Positions 27,256 to 36,640 of a DNA stretch of 64,000 nucleotides are shown piece after piece. The stretch is from Thalassobaculaceae bacterium (lineage in GTDB: Bacteria > Pseudomonadota > Alphaproteobacteria > Thalassobaculales > Thalassobaculaceae). A program made the translations under genes and the position numbers. Location of the stretch: NCBI GenBank assembly GCA_965228875.1, contig OZ245843.1, positions 3,516,616 through 3,580,615 on the forward strand, in the 5' to 3' direction. Below the pieces are notes generated by a model that saw nothing but the letters and a program-made list of their open reading frames with translations, had not been told where the DNA came from and did not search any database. Positions within the stretch are counted from its first letter, which is position 1, and each line of letters begins with the position of its first letter.

Positions 27256-27855
27256 ATGACGGATACGGGCCTGCGGCTGGAGACCCTGACCGGAACGGCG
27301 GCGATCGCCGGGGCGATCGACGATCTGGCGCGGCTGCGGATCGCGGTGTTCCGCGACTGGCCCTATCTCTATGACGGTACGCTGGCCTACGAAACCGAGT
27401 ACCTCTCCGCCTTCGCCGCCTCGCCGGGCGCCATCCTGGTGGCCGCCTATGACGGGGGCGAGATGGTCGGCGCGTCGACCGGCCTGCCGCTGGCCCACGA
27501 GCACGACGACTTCGTCGCGCCGGTCGCCGTGGCGGGCTACGACGTCGGACGGGTCTTCTACTGTGCGGAGTCCGTCCTGCTGCCCCGCTGTCGGGGGCGG
27601 GGCGCCTACCGGGCGTTCTTCGCGCGTCGGGAAGCCCATGCCCGCGCGGGCAGCTTCGCCACGGCCGTGTTCTGCGGCGTCGTCCGGCCGGACGACCACC
27701 CGGCCCGGCCCGCCGGCTTCACGCCGCTTGACGATACCTGGCGGCGCTTCGGCTATACTCCGCTGGACGGCGCCGTCGCCCAATACGGCTGGACCGATAT
27801 CGGCGAGACCGAGGAGACGCGGAAACCGATGCAGTACTGGATCAAGTCGCTGTGA
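27256..27855 (+). CDS. GNAT-family N-acetyltransferase
   Basis: LRIAVFRDWPYLYDG...ESVLLP..RGRG.Y acetyl-CoA motif. Confidence 0.8.
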   Translation: MTDTGLRLETLTGTAAIAGAIDDLARLRIAVFRDWPYLYDGTLAYETEYLSAFAASPGAILVAAYDGGEMVGASTGLPLAHEHDDFVAPVAVAGYDVGRVFYCAESVLLPRCRGRGAYRAFFARREAHARAGSFATAVFCGVVRPDDHPARPAGFTPLDDTWRRFGYTPLDGAVAQYGWTDIGETEETRKPMQYWIKSL

Positions 27856-28784
27856 ACGAGCCGCGCACCACATTACGGGTCGCCGCCGCACAGTACCCGG
27901 TCGGCCGACCCGAAAGCTTCGACGCCTGGGCCGCCGGGATCGGTGACTGGGTCGCCGAGGCGGTATCCCGCGGCGCCGAGCTGCTGGTATTCCCGGAGTA
28001 CGGCGCTCTGGAACTGGCCTCGACCTTCGGCGCGGCGATGGAAGCGGACCTGGCCGGCCAGATCCGCGCCGTCGGCGGACTCATCGACGAGGTCGACGCC
28101 CTGCACGTCGCCCTCGCCCGTCGGCACGGTGTCCACATACTCGCCGCCAGCCTGCCGGTCCTCGCCGCCGATCTCGGCGGTCAGCCGGTCAATCGCGCCC
28201 GGCTGATCGGCCCGCTGGGCGGGATCGGCATCCAGGACAAGCGGATCATGACCCCGTGGGAGCGGGAGATCTGGGGGATCACCGGAAACTCGGCCGCCCG
28301 GGTGTTCGACACCGCCCTCGGCCGGATCGGCGTCGCCGTCTGTTATGACGGCGAATTCCCGCTGATCGTGCGCGCCATGGTAGCGGCTGGCGCCGACCTG
28401 ATCCTGATGCCCAGCGCCACCGAGACGGTGGCCGGGGCCGCGCGGATCCGGACCGCCGGCCTCGCCCGGGCGCTGGAGAACCAGATCGCCGTGGTCACAA
28501 GCCCGACCGTCGGCGCCGCGCCCTGGTCCCCGGCGCTCGACGAGAACCATGGGGCCGCCGGAATTTTCGTGCCCGCCGACAAGGGCCTCCCGCCGAGCGG
28601 CGTCCTCGCCGAGGGTGCGTTCGACGCGGTCGGCTGGGTCCATGCCACGATCGATTTCGAGGCGATCGCCGCGGTCCGCGCCGGTGGCGGTGTGCGCGGC
28701 CGGCGCGACTGGCTCGAACAGGTCGGCGCGGCGGAGGCGGACGCCGCCGCCACCGCCGGGGTCGAGATGGTACGGGTCGACTGA
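27852..28784 (+). CDS. Carbon-nitrogen hydrolase (nitrilase family)
   Basis: Glu-Lys-Cys triad: FPEY, QDKRIMT, VCYDGEFP; ARALENQ; GTGA overlap with the GNAT gene. Confidence 0.88.
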   Translation: MNEPRTTLRVAAAQYPVGRPESFDAWAAGIGDWVAEAVSRGAELLVFPEYGALELASTFGAAMEADLAGQIRAVGGLIDEVDALHVALARRHGVHILAASLPVLAADLGGQPVNRARLIGPLGGIGIQDKRIMTPWEREIWGITGNSAARVFDTALGRIGVAVCYDGEFPLIVRAMVAAGADLILMPSATETVAGAARIRTAGLARALENQIAVVTSPTVGAAPWSPALDENHGAAGIFVPADKGLPPSGVLAEGAFDAVGWVHATIDFEAIAAVRAGGGVRGRRDWLEQVGAAEADAAATAGVEMVRVD

Positions 28785-28801
28785 CGCGGCCCGGCGTCGC
28801 C

Positions 28802-29158
28802 TCAGGCGAAGCTCTTGCGGCTGATCAGAACACTCAGCACCGGTACGATCTGGCGCATGGCGTGGCCGATCAGGTCGGCCTTGTCCCGGTCCAGTCCTTC
28901 GACCTGCAGATCGATCAGCAGTTCGTCGCGGCGGCGGCCGCTCAGGTCGCTGTGCCAGCGCGAGGGGATAAGTCCGCGCTTGGCGAACAGTTCGAGGACC
29001 CGCGGCATGACCGAAGGATCGGCCACGGCCGTGATCGAGAAGCAGGCGACGACAGGGTCGTCATTGCCATGGGCAGCGACTGAGTCGTCGGTGTTGCGAT
29101 GGGCGACGGAAGCGGGGGTAGAGGAGCCCGTGGAAGGGCTCAGGCGCTCGGCGAGCAT
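28802..29158 (-). CDS. Stand-alone ACT-like domain protein
   Basis: FSITAVADPSVMPRVLELFAKRGLIP resembles the ACT fold of acetolactate synthase small subunits; GGAG RBS. Confidence 0.65.
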   Translation of the reverse strand: MLAERLSPSTGSSTPASVAHRNTDDSVAAHGNDDPVVACFSITAVADPSVMPRVLELFAKRGLIPSRWHSDLSGRRRDELLIDLQVEGLDRDKADLIGHAMRQIVPVLSVLISRKSFA

Positions 29159-29293
29159 GAGGAATCTCCAGCAATCGGTTTCAGGCGAACAGCACGGCCC
29201 CGGCCCTCGACGAGGACCGGGCGGCTAATTCGCCGACCGATGCGGCCGGCCCGTCGGGCGGCCTGCATGTGGAGATCAATCACCATGACCCGG

Positions 29294-29322
29294 ACGCTAC
29301 GGTCCGCCCCGACGGCTGTCAA
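29294..29322 (-). promoter_or_regulatory. Sigma70-type promoter TTGACA-N17-TAGCGT
   Basis: -35 at 29317-29322, -10 at 29294-29299; ATG at 29286 lies 7 nt after the -10 box. Confidence 0.65.
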
Positions 29323-29348
29323 GCATCGCGCAAGAATATTTCGCGCCT

Positions 29349-29404
29349 CTTCGCCGGTCTACGCTTCGCCGGTCTACGCTTCGCCGGCCTATGTTTCGCC
29401 GACT
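29349..29404. repeat. 15-bp intergenic tandem repeat (CTTCGCCGGTCTACG, about 3.7 copies)
   Basis: Units at 29349, 29364, 29379 and 29394, progressively degenerate. Confidence 0.85.
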
Positions 29405-29447
29405 GCCACGCGCCATTGACCACTCACACGCCGACGCACCAGGACCG

Positions 29448-30146
29448 TCAACTGAGTTTCTCGAGCGCCTGATTGAGCTGACTCATCCGGTCGTGGTCCC
29501 CGAAGGCGCTGTCCGGATGGTAGATCATCGCCATGCGACGCCAGCGCCTGCGGATGGTGGAGCGGTCGGGTACCGCGGTCGGCGGGAAGCCGAGCACGAA
29601 CAAGGCCTCGCCCCGGGTCTGGATCCCGCGCGGCAGGACCGGCATCGCGAGATCGGCGACCAACCCGCGCAGCGTCGTGTTCTCGTCGGCCAGGTCGTCG
29701 CGGGCACGTTCCACCGCCGCCTCCGCCTTGCGGTCGGCCTCGGTGACCACCGCCAGCTCCGCCTGACCTTGGGCCGTCGACAGGGCCAGCGCCAGGGCCC
29801 GACGCAGGTCGCCATGGGCGTAACCCGCCGGCAACCGCATTTGCAGCCGCGGCTTCCGCTTGAGGACCCGGCCCCGCGATGCACCAGAGCGCAGGGCGAT
29901 GTGCTCGCGGTCCTGGGGCTCCGGCTCGCCTGGATCGGCGGTCCGCGCCAGGGTTTCGGCCGGAACCAGCAGCAGGATCGCCCGGGCCAGGTCGGACGGG
30001 CTGGCGTGGCGCCGTTCGGCCAGGGCCAGCACCGCATCGCGGAAGGAGGAGGCGCAGGGCACGACGTAGGCCGCCCCCGCCATTGACGAACCATTTGATC
30101 TGGAACGCGTTTTCGGGTCGGGGTCGGTAGTGTCGACGATATCCAA
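29448..30146 (-). CDS. C-terminal J-domain (DnaJ-like) protein
   Basis: ALFVLGFPP...IRRRWRRMAMIYHPDSAFGDHDRMSQLNQA (HPD motif); start uncertain (30083-30185). Confidence 0.8.
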   Translation of the reverse strand: MDIVDTTDPDPKTRSRSNGSSMAGAAYVVPCASSFRDAVLALAERRHASPSDLARAILLLVPAETLARTADPGEPEPQDREHIALRSGASRGRVLKRKPRLQMRLPAGYAHGDLRRALALALSTAQGQAELAVVTEADRKAEAAVERARDDLADENTTLRGLVADLAMPVLPRGIQTRGEALFVLGFPPTAVPDRSTIRRRWRRMAMIYHPDSAFGDHDRMSQLNQALEKLS

Positions 30147-30274
30147 GGTCACTCCATATCGTGGTTGGCGACTGACGAACCACACGATCTTGAGCCGGTT
30201 CGGCGATCATATCGGCCCGACCAAGCCGCCGCAACCAGGAACGCGGTTTCAAAGCGCCGGTCCGTTTCGCTTGC

Positions 30275-30313
30275 TTACCGATTTGTTAGCAAGAAGTTAA
30301 CGGGACTGGTTAA
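30275..30313. promoter_or_regulatory. CtrA-like site cluster
   Basis: ttac-N7-ttag-N7-ttaac (30275-30301) plus a further ttaa at 30310. Confidence 0.45.
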
Positions 30314-30408
30314 TGCTGTGTGTGAGTAGACAGGGTATGGACCTCGGCGACGGCCTGCACCATGTTGGTCAACCCACCGGAATCGCTCGAAAACCAGGAG
30401 TTCCAAGG

Positions 30409-32112
30409 ATGACCGGGCCCGCTATCGTCCCCACGGCGTCTGAAACCACGGATGTAGATACAATCGTCCTGGCGCGCGATGCCGCCACAGCAGCGGAAAC
30501 GGTGCTGGCGACGGCCCGTCGGCGCATCGCCGACCGGGTGGTGGAAAACGGCCGCATCGACGCCGCCCGGCTCGACGCGGAACAGACCGCGGTTCACGGT
30601 CTGGCCTGGCTCGCGACCACCGTGGAGGCCTTGAAAACCCTCACATCCTGGGCTGAAACGCTGGACGCGCAGGGCCGCGCCGGCGAGACGGAGCGACTGA
30701 TCCTCGGCGTCGCGGCCGGCGAGTATCTCGGCCAGATCCGCGGCGGCATCCCGATGGCTCAGACCGAGATGCTCCGCCCCCACGACCTCGGCCTTGAGGA
30801 TGGGGATCTTTCCCCACTCTCAAGTACTTCCAGCATGAACTTGATGCGAATTGGCAACGGTCAGGCCGCCCGTGTCGCCCTGGCCGAGCGGTTGGCCGGC
30901 GCGCTGGAGTTCGGCGATCCCGATGCCTTCGGCCATCATGGCCTGGACGAGACGCTGACCCTGGTGCGCGACCAGTTCCGCCGGTTCGGCGCGGACCGGG
31001 TCGAGCCCTACGCCCACCAGTGGCATCTTGAGGACCGTCTGATCCCGATCGAGGTGGTCGACGCCATGGCAGAGCTCGGTACGTTCGGCCTGACGGTACC
31101 GGAGGCCTATGGCGGGCTCGGCATGGGGAAGGAGGCCATGGTCGTGGTCTCCGAGACCCTCAGCCGGGCCTATATCGGTGTCGGATCGCTCGGGACGCGC
31201 TCGGAGATCGCCGCCGAGCTGATCCGCCTCGGCGGCACCGAGGAACAGAGGGCGCACTGGCTGCCCCGGATCGCCTCCGGCGAGATCCTGCCCACGGCCG
31301 TCTTCACCGAACCGAACACCGGATCCGACCTCGCCCACCTGCGCACCCGTGCCGAGAGGACCGGAGACGTTTGGAAGGTGAACGGCAACAAGACCTGGAT
31401 CACCCATGCGGCGCGCACCGATCTGATGACGTTGCTGGTGCGCACCAACCCGGACGAGACCGGCTACCGGGGGTTGAGCATGCTCCTGGCGGAGAAGCCG
31501 CGCGGGAGCGAGGAGGACCCCTTCCCGGCCCCGGGCATGAGCGGTGGCGAGATCGAGGTGCTCGGCTATCGCGGCATGAAGGAGTACGAGATCGCCTTCG
31601 ACGGGTTCGAGGTGCCGGCGGCAAGCCTGCTCGGCTCCGAGGAAGGTCAGGGCTTCAAGCAGTTGATGGCGACCTTCGAGAGCGCCCGGATCCAGACCGC
31701 CGCCCGGGCCGTCGGCGTCGCCCAGTCCGCGCTGGAACTCGGCCTCCGTTACGCAGGCGAAAGGGTTCAGTTCTCCAAGAAACTTCAGGCATTTCCGAGG
31801 GTGGCGAACAAACTGGCGCGGATGGCGGCGGAGATCGCCGCGGCCCGCGCCCTGACCCTGCACGCCGCCCGGGAGAAGGACAGCGACCGACGTTGCGACA
31901 TCGAAGCGGGGATGGCGAAGCTGCTTGCGGCGCGGGTCGCCTGGGCGACGGCGGACGACGCCCTGCAGATCCATGGCGGCAACGGCTATGCCCTTGAGTA
32001 TCCGATCAGCCGGGTGCTGTGCGATGCGCGCATCCTGAACATCTTCGAGGGTGCCGCCGAGATCCAGGCCGGCGTGATCGCGCGGGGGTTGTTGAACCCG
32101 GGCAGAAACTGA
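30409..32112 (+). CDS. mcd: Acyl-CoA dehydrogenase, (2S)-methylsuccinyl-CoA dehydrogenase type
   Basis: About 170-aa N-terminal extension; LPTAVFTEPNTGSDL, GGEIEVLGYRGMKEYE, ARILNIFEGAAEIQA. Confidence 0.8.
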   Translation: MTGPAIVPTASETTDVDTIVLARDAATAAETVLATARRRIADRVVENGRIDAARLDAEQTAVHGLAWLATTVEALKTLTSWAETLDAQGRAGETERLILGVAAGEYLGQIRGGIPMAQTEMLRPHDLGLEDGDLSPLSSTSSMNLMRIGNGQAARVALAERLAGALEFGDPDAFGHHGLDETLTLVRDQFRRFGADRVEPYAHQWHLEDRLIPIEVVDAMAELGTFGLTVPEAYGGLGMGKEAMVVVSETLSRAYIGVGSLGTRSEIAAELIRLGGTEEQRAHWLPRIASGEILPTAVFTEPNTGSDLAHLRTRAERTGDVWKVNGNKTWITHAARTDLMTLLVRTNPDETGYRGLSMLLAEKPRGSEEDPFPAPGMSGGEIEVLGYRGMKEYEIAFDGFEVPAASLLGSEEGQGFKQLMATFESARIQTAARAVGVAQSALELGLRYAGERVQFSKKLQAFPRVANKLARMAAEIAAARALTLHAAREKDSDRRCDIEAGMAKLLAARVAWATADDALQIHGGNGYALEYPISRVLCDARILNIFEGAAEIQAGVIARGLLNPGRN

Positions 32113-32122
32113 CCGGGCGACC

Positions 32123-33487
32123 TCAGTCGCCGCGGCCCGCGCCGGTCAGCTTTCGCCGCAGCCAGCCCGATGTCATGTCCATGGCGATGACGACGATGAG
32201 GGTGAGCACGATGATGTAGGCCGTGTTCTCCCAGTCCTTGCCCGTGCGCAACGTCTCGACCAGTTTCAGGCCGATACCGCCGGCGCCGAGCGCCCCGATC
32301 ACCGTCGCCGACCGGGTGTTGGACTCGAGGTAGTACAGCGACTGGGAGATGAAGACCGGAAGGATCTGCGGGATCACGCCGAAGCGGTAGCGTGCGACGG
32401 TCGACGCCCCGGTCGACTGCATGCCCTCGACCTGCTTGTTGTCAATGTTCTCGATCGCCTCCGAGAACAGCTTGCCGAGGGTGCCGGTGTCGGTGAGCGC
32501 GATCGCCATCACGCCGGTCAGCGGCCCGAGACCGAAGGCGCGGATGAAGATCAGCGACCAGATCAGGTAGTCGATGCCGCGCACGAAATCGAAGAACCGG
32601 CGGACGACGAAGCGGCTCACCGGATCGCGGTTGAAGTTGGCGGCCGCCAGGAACGCCAGCGGCAACCCGATGAAGGCGGCGACCACTGTGCCGAGGAACG
32701 CCATGATGACCGTTTCCAGCAGCGCCTTGAACACGTCGCCATGCTGCCAGCCCTCGTTCCCCCAGAACTCGGAGACGATGAGCGCGGCATTGGACCGGTC
32801 CGCGTCGATCCGGTCGTCGGACCAGGCCAGCGACCAGAGCTCGCCCGCCGACAACCCATTCAACGGCGAGCGGAAGTCGAACCAGAAATCCTCCCAGCCC
32901 CAGAAGTACCGGAACACCAGGATCCGGCCGGTGGTCACCTGCACCCGCTTGAACAGGGTTGGGCGGATCTCGACCTTGCGCGGGTTCAGGTCGATCCACC
33001 GAGGGGTATCGCCTTCCCAGGCGAGTTCCTTGCCGCCGGCGGTCACGGTGAACGGCGTGGCGATGCCGGGCCCGGTGACAGTCAGGGACTTGCCGTCGAT
33101 CACGAAGCGATAGCCGTCGCCCATGTCGATGTCGACGCGGCCGTCATTGCCGTTCGGGCCGTCGACGACGATCCAGTCGGGCAGGGCGTCTTCCCCGTAC
33201 GTGGCGGAGCGTTCTCCCTCGACGGCGACCTCGAACCGGTCGCGGCGCAGGTTCTTTTCCACATGAACCTTGTAGGCGACGCTGTCGAGGCCGAGCAGGA
33301 TGCCGCGGTCGAGCCGCGACTTGGCGATCAGGTCCGGAATGTCGAAGGCGAAAAAGGCATAGGCCAGATAGCCGACGACCACGAGCAGCAGGCCGACCGG
33401 CCAGACGAACTGCTTGCGGTGAACCGCCAGGATCTCGCCATGGCTGCGGTCCAGGCGGGCGGCGTCGGCGGCACTCACGGCGCTCAT
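32123..33487 (-). CDS. phnE: Phosphonate/phosphate ABC permease with a large periplasmic insertion
   Basis: GTLGKLFSEAIENID, ESNTRSATVIGALGAGGIG. Confidence 0.88.
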   Translation of the reverse strand: MSAVSAADAARLDRSHGEILAVHRKQFVWPVGLLLVVVGYLAYAFFAFDIPDLIAKSRLDRGILLGLDSVAYKVHVEKNLRRDRFEVAVEGERSATYGEDALPDWIVVDGPNGNDGRVDIDMGDGYRFVIDGKSLTVTGPGIATPFTVTAGGKELAWEGDTPRWIDLNPRKVEIRPTLFKRVQVTTGRILVFRYFWGWEDFWFDFRSPLNGLSAGELWSLAWSDDRIDADRSNAALIVSEFWGNEGWQHGDVFKALLETVIMAFLGTVVAAFIGLPLAFLAAANFNRDPVSRFVVRRFFDFVRGIDYLIWSLIFIRAFGLGPLTGVMAIALTDTGTLGKLFSEAIENIDNKQVEGMQSTGASTVARYRFGVIPQILPVFISQSLYYLESNTRSATVIGALGAGGIGLKLVETLRTGKDWENTAYIIVLTLIVVIAMDMTSGWLRRKLTGAGRGD

Positions 33488-33497
33488 CGCGGCCTCC

Positions 33498-34355
33498 TCA
33501 GTGGCCGCCGGCGAACATGCCGCCGACCAGACGCCGGCGCAGATAGCCGGAGGTCTGGTCGATCAGCATGATCGTCACGAACAGCAGGACGAACAGAGCG
33601 GCGATGTCGGCGCCATTGGCCCAGCTGATCGCCTTGCGCAGCTCGGTGCCGATGCCGCCGGCGCCGACGAAGCCGAGGATGGCCGAGGCGCGGATGTTGA
33701 TCTCGAAGCGCAGCAGCATGTAGCTGGTGTAGTTCGGCAGTACCTGCGGCAGCACCGCCCAGCGCATGCGCTTCGTCCAGCTCGCGCCGGCGGCGGTCAT
33801 GCCCTCGAGCGGGCCGCGGTCGATATTCTCGTTGACCTCGCTGAACAGCTTGCCGAGCGCACCGGCGGTATGGAACGCAACGGCGATGATCGCCGGCACC
33901 GGCGAGGAGCCCAGCACGAAGATCAGGAACAGCGCCAGGATCAGCTCCGGAAAGGCGCGGGTGATGTCCATGATCCGGCGCGCCAGCGGGACGATCGGCG
34001 GCCAGACCTGAAGTCCGCGGGTCGCGGCGAAGGACAGGGCGACGGCGAAGACCGTACCGAAGATCGTGGCGACTGCGGCCATGTTGATGGTCTCGACCAG
34101 CGCCGGCAGGTAGACCCAGAGACGCCCGAACCAGGCGGGCCCGGCCTCGGCGGTCTCGACCACGATGTTGCGCGGATAGTCGAAGAACTTGGAGATGCCC
34201 TGAACGAAGCCGCCGGAGTTCATCTCCTCGGCGCCGATGAAGCCAAGGACCACCAGCACCGCGAAGATGGCGACGCCGAGGGCGGTGTAGATCCGGCGCC
34301 ATCGCTCCAGTTCGGAGGCATGCGCCTGCAGCTGATCGACGGTGGTCAGGGCCAT
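33498..34355 (-). CDS. phnE: Phosphonate/phosphate ABC permease
   Basis: GALGKLFSEVNENID, FEINIRASAILGFVGAGGIG. Confidence 0.9.
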   Translation of the reverse strand: MALTTVDQLQAHASELERWRRIYTALGVAIFAVLVVLGFIGAEEMNSGGFVQGISKFFDYPRNIVVETAEAGPAWFGRLWVYLPALVETINMAAVATIFGTVFAVALSFAATRGLQVWPPIVPLARRIMDITRAFPELILALFLIFVLGSSPVPAIIAVAFHTAGALGKLFSEVNENIDRGPLEGMTAAGASWTKRMRWAVLPQVLPNYTSYMLLRFEINIRASAILGFVGAGGIGTELRKAISWANGADIAALFVLLFVTIMLIDQTSGYLRRRLVGGMFAGGH

Positions 34356-34398
34356 GGGAGGGCTCGCGGCAGGGCTCAGCGGCGGGGCTCAAAGGAAA

Positions 34399-34426
34399 GC
34401 GCCGCGCGGCAGAATCCGCGCGGCGC
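34399..34426 (-). terminator. Intra-operon hairpin after phnD (terminator or mRNA stabiliser)
   Basis: Perfect 11-bp stem gcgccgcgcgg/ccgcgcggcgc followed by TTTCCTTT on the minus strand. Confidence 0.65.
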
Positions 34427-34441
34427 CCGATGCGGTATCGG

Positions 34442-35386
34442 TTACTTGCCGATCTTGGCCTTGCGGGCCTCGATGATGACCTCGTACTCGGCGTGGGTGA
34501 TCGGAGCCATGCCCTTCACCTCGCCGGCCATCACGCCGTAGGCGCACTCGGCGTCCATCGACTCGAGGCTGGCCATCAGACCGGTCATCATCAGCTTGAC
34601 CTTCTCCGGCAGCGACTTGCGCAGCACGATCGGGCCTTCCGGGATGACCTTGGAGCGCCAGACCTCGACCAGCTCGGTCATGTCGATCAGGCCGGCGTCG
34701 GCGGCCTTGCGCAGCGCGCCGGAGTTGAAGCCCTCTTCCCAGGCACCGATGCCATCGGCCCAGGTCACGCCGGCATCGACGTCGCCGTTGTACACCGCAA
34801 CGATGGTCTGCTCGTGGCCGCCGACGAACTTGACGTCGCCGAAGTACTCGCCCGGATTCATCGGATAGCCGGAAGCCGGAATCTCGATCGACGGGATCAG
34901 GTAGCCGGAGGTCGAGTTCGGGTCACCGAACGCGAAGACCTTACCCTTCATGTCCTCGAGGCTCATGATGCCGCTGTCGGCGCGGGCGAAACCGATCGAG
35001 TGGTAGCCGTAGGAACCGTCCACGTTGATCTTGACCAGGATCGGCTCGACCGCCTCCGGGTCCTTCAGGTAGACGGCGGCGTAACCGGAGGCACCGAGCC
35101 AGGCCATGTCCAGGTTGCCGCCCAGCAGCCCCTCGATGACGCCGTTGTAGTCGGCCGGGGCGAACAGCTTGGTCGGTACGCCCAGCAGCGTCTCGGTGCG
35201 CTCGCGCAGGCACTCGTTGGAGCGCAGACGGTCGGAAGCGTTCTCGCCGCCGAGCAGGCCGATGCGGAACTCCTCGATGCCGAGATCGGCCGCCTTGGCC
35301 GGCACGGTGCCAGCGAACGCGACCAGGGCGGTGACGGCAACAGCCGCCGCAGCGCGCATAACAGTAGTCGGGCGCATAAAGGTCAT
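34442..35386 (-). CDS. phnD: Phosphonate/phosphate ABC substrate-binding protein
   Basis: Signal peptide; DYNGVIEGL, FGDPNSTSGYLIP, GGHEQ. Confidence 0.92.
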   Translation of the reverse strand: MTFMRPTTVMRAAAAVAVTALVAFAGTVPAKAADLGIEEFRIGLLGGENASDRLRSNECLRERTETLLGVPTKLFAPADYNGVIEGLLGGNLDMAWLGASGYAAVYLKDPEAVEPILVKINVDGSYGYHSIGFARADSGIMSLEDMKGKVFAFGDPNSTSGYLIPSIEIPASGYPMNPGEYFGDVKFVGGHEQTIVAVYNGDVDAGVTWADGIGAWEEGFNSGALRKAADAGLIDMTELVEVWRSKVIPEGPIVLRKSLPEKVKLMMTGLMASLESMDAECAYGVMAGEVKGMAPITHAEYEVIIEARKAKIGK

Positions 35387-35476
35387 GTGATTTCCCCTCG
35401 CTCTGATTGAGCTTTCGTTATCTCTGTCACCGGGAACGCGTCGGCCGCAGGGCAGCCGGCTCCGTCACCCCCCGGA

Positions 35477-36322
35477 CTAGGCGACGGCACCCCCGACCTC
35501 CCGCAGGCGCGGGCCGTCGGAATCCTGAGGCCCGGACTCGTCCGGGCGATCGTTGATGCTGGTCGAGGTGGCGGCTTCGTCGAACTGTTCGTCGGCGCCG
35601 TAGATTTCGCGGGCGGCGTCCGTCGTCAGATCTTTGGCCGTGCCGTCGAACACCACCCTGCCGGCCCGCATGCCGATGATCCGGTCGCAGTAGGTCCGCG
35701 CCGTATCCAGCGTGTGGAGGTTGCAGACCACGGTCAGCCCCTCCTCGCGGTTGATCGCGTGCAGCGCGTCCATGACCAGCTTGGCGTTCATCGGGTCGAG
35801 CGAGGCGATCGGTTCGTCGGCCAGGACGATCTTGGGGCTCTGCATCAGGGCGCGGGCGATCGCGACGCGCTGCTGCTGGCCGCCGGACAGGGTGCCGGCC
35901 TGCTGCAGCGCGGTCTCGACGATGCCGAGGCGCTCGAGAGCGAGCAGCGCGGCGTGCCGCTCGGCATCGCTGAACAGCTTGAACACGCTCTTGACGAGAC
36001 CCATGGAATTCGCCCGACCGAGCATGACGTTGGTCAGCACGTCGAGGCGCGGGATCAGGTTGAACTGCTGGAAGATCATCGCGCAGTCGGCGCGCCAGTC
36101 GAGCAGCGCCTTGCCCTTCAGGGTGCCGATCTCCCGCGGACCGAAGCGGATCGACCCCTCGCTCGGGTCGATCAGCCGATTGGTCAGGCGCAGCAGCGTC
36201 GACTTGCCCGCACCCGAGCGGCCGATGATGCCGAGCATGGTGCCTTCGTCGACCGAGATGTTGACGTTGTCGACCGCGGCATTGGCGCCGAAACGCTTGG
36301 TGACGTTCTGATAAATGAGCAT
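35477..36322 (-). CDS. phnC: Phosphonate ABC ATP-binding protein
   Basis: GRSGAGKS Walker [34 protein letters not shown]; start at MLIYQNV. Confidence 0.93.
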   Translation of the reverse strand: MLIYQNVTKRFGANAAVDNVNISVDEGTMLGIIGRSGAGKSTLLRLTNRLIDPSEGSIRFGPREIGTLKGKALLDWRADCAMIFQQFNLIPRLDVLTNVMLGRANSMGLVKSVFKLFSDAERHAALLALERLGIVETALQQAGTLSGGQQQRVAIARALMQSPKIVLADEPIASLDPMNAKLVMDALHAINREEGLTVVCNLHTLDTARTYCDRIIGMRAGRVVFDGTAKDLTTDAAREIYGADEQFDEAATSTSINDRPDESGPQDSDGPRLREVGGAVA

Positions 36323-36640
36323 GGGGCGCGAGCGGGCCTTCGGACGTTGCGGTAGGCATTCCAGCGGTCCGTCCGACCAGCCCACCGGTCGCGCCGTGCC
36401 AAGTCGCCCCCCGCCGGCCTGTCGGCGCCGCGTCGGGACCACTTCCCAGCGTGACCGGCGCCGACGATCGGCACAGTCGAGGGCCCATATAGCCCGCCGA
36501 CCGTGACATTTTGTTTGCGGTTGAGTTGCGTTTTGGAGACGCATGACGGCGTTGACGGCCGGTCCGACGCGATCATCCTTGAAACCCGCCGCCTTGCGGG
36601 GCTATCAGGGCGCCGACGCCAATATTGGAAGAAGACGCCC

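Noticed and set aside
36501..36549. Pho box upstream of phnC
   Set aside because: Two half-site-like heptamers (CCGTCAT, ATGTCAC) are not in the 11-bp direct-repeat phase
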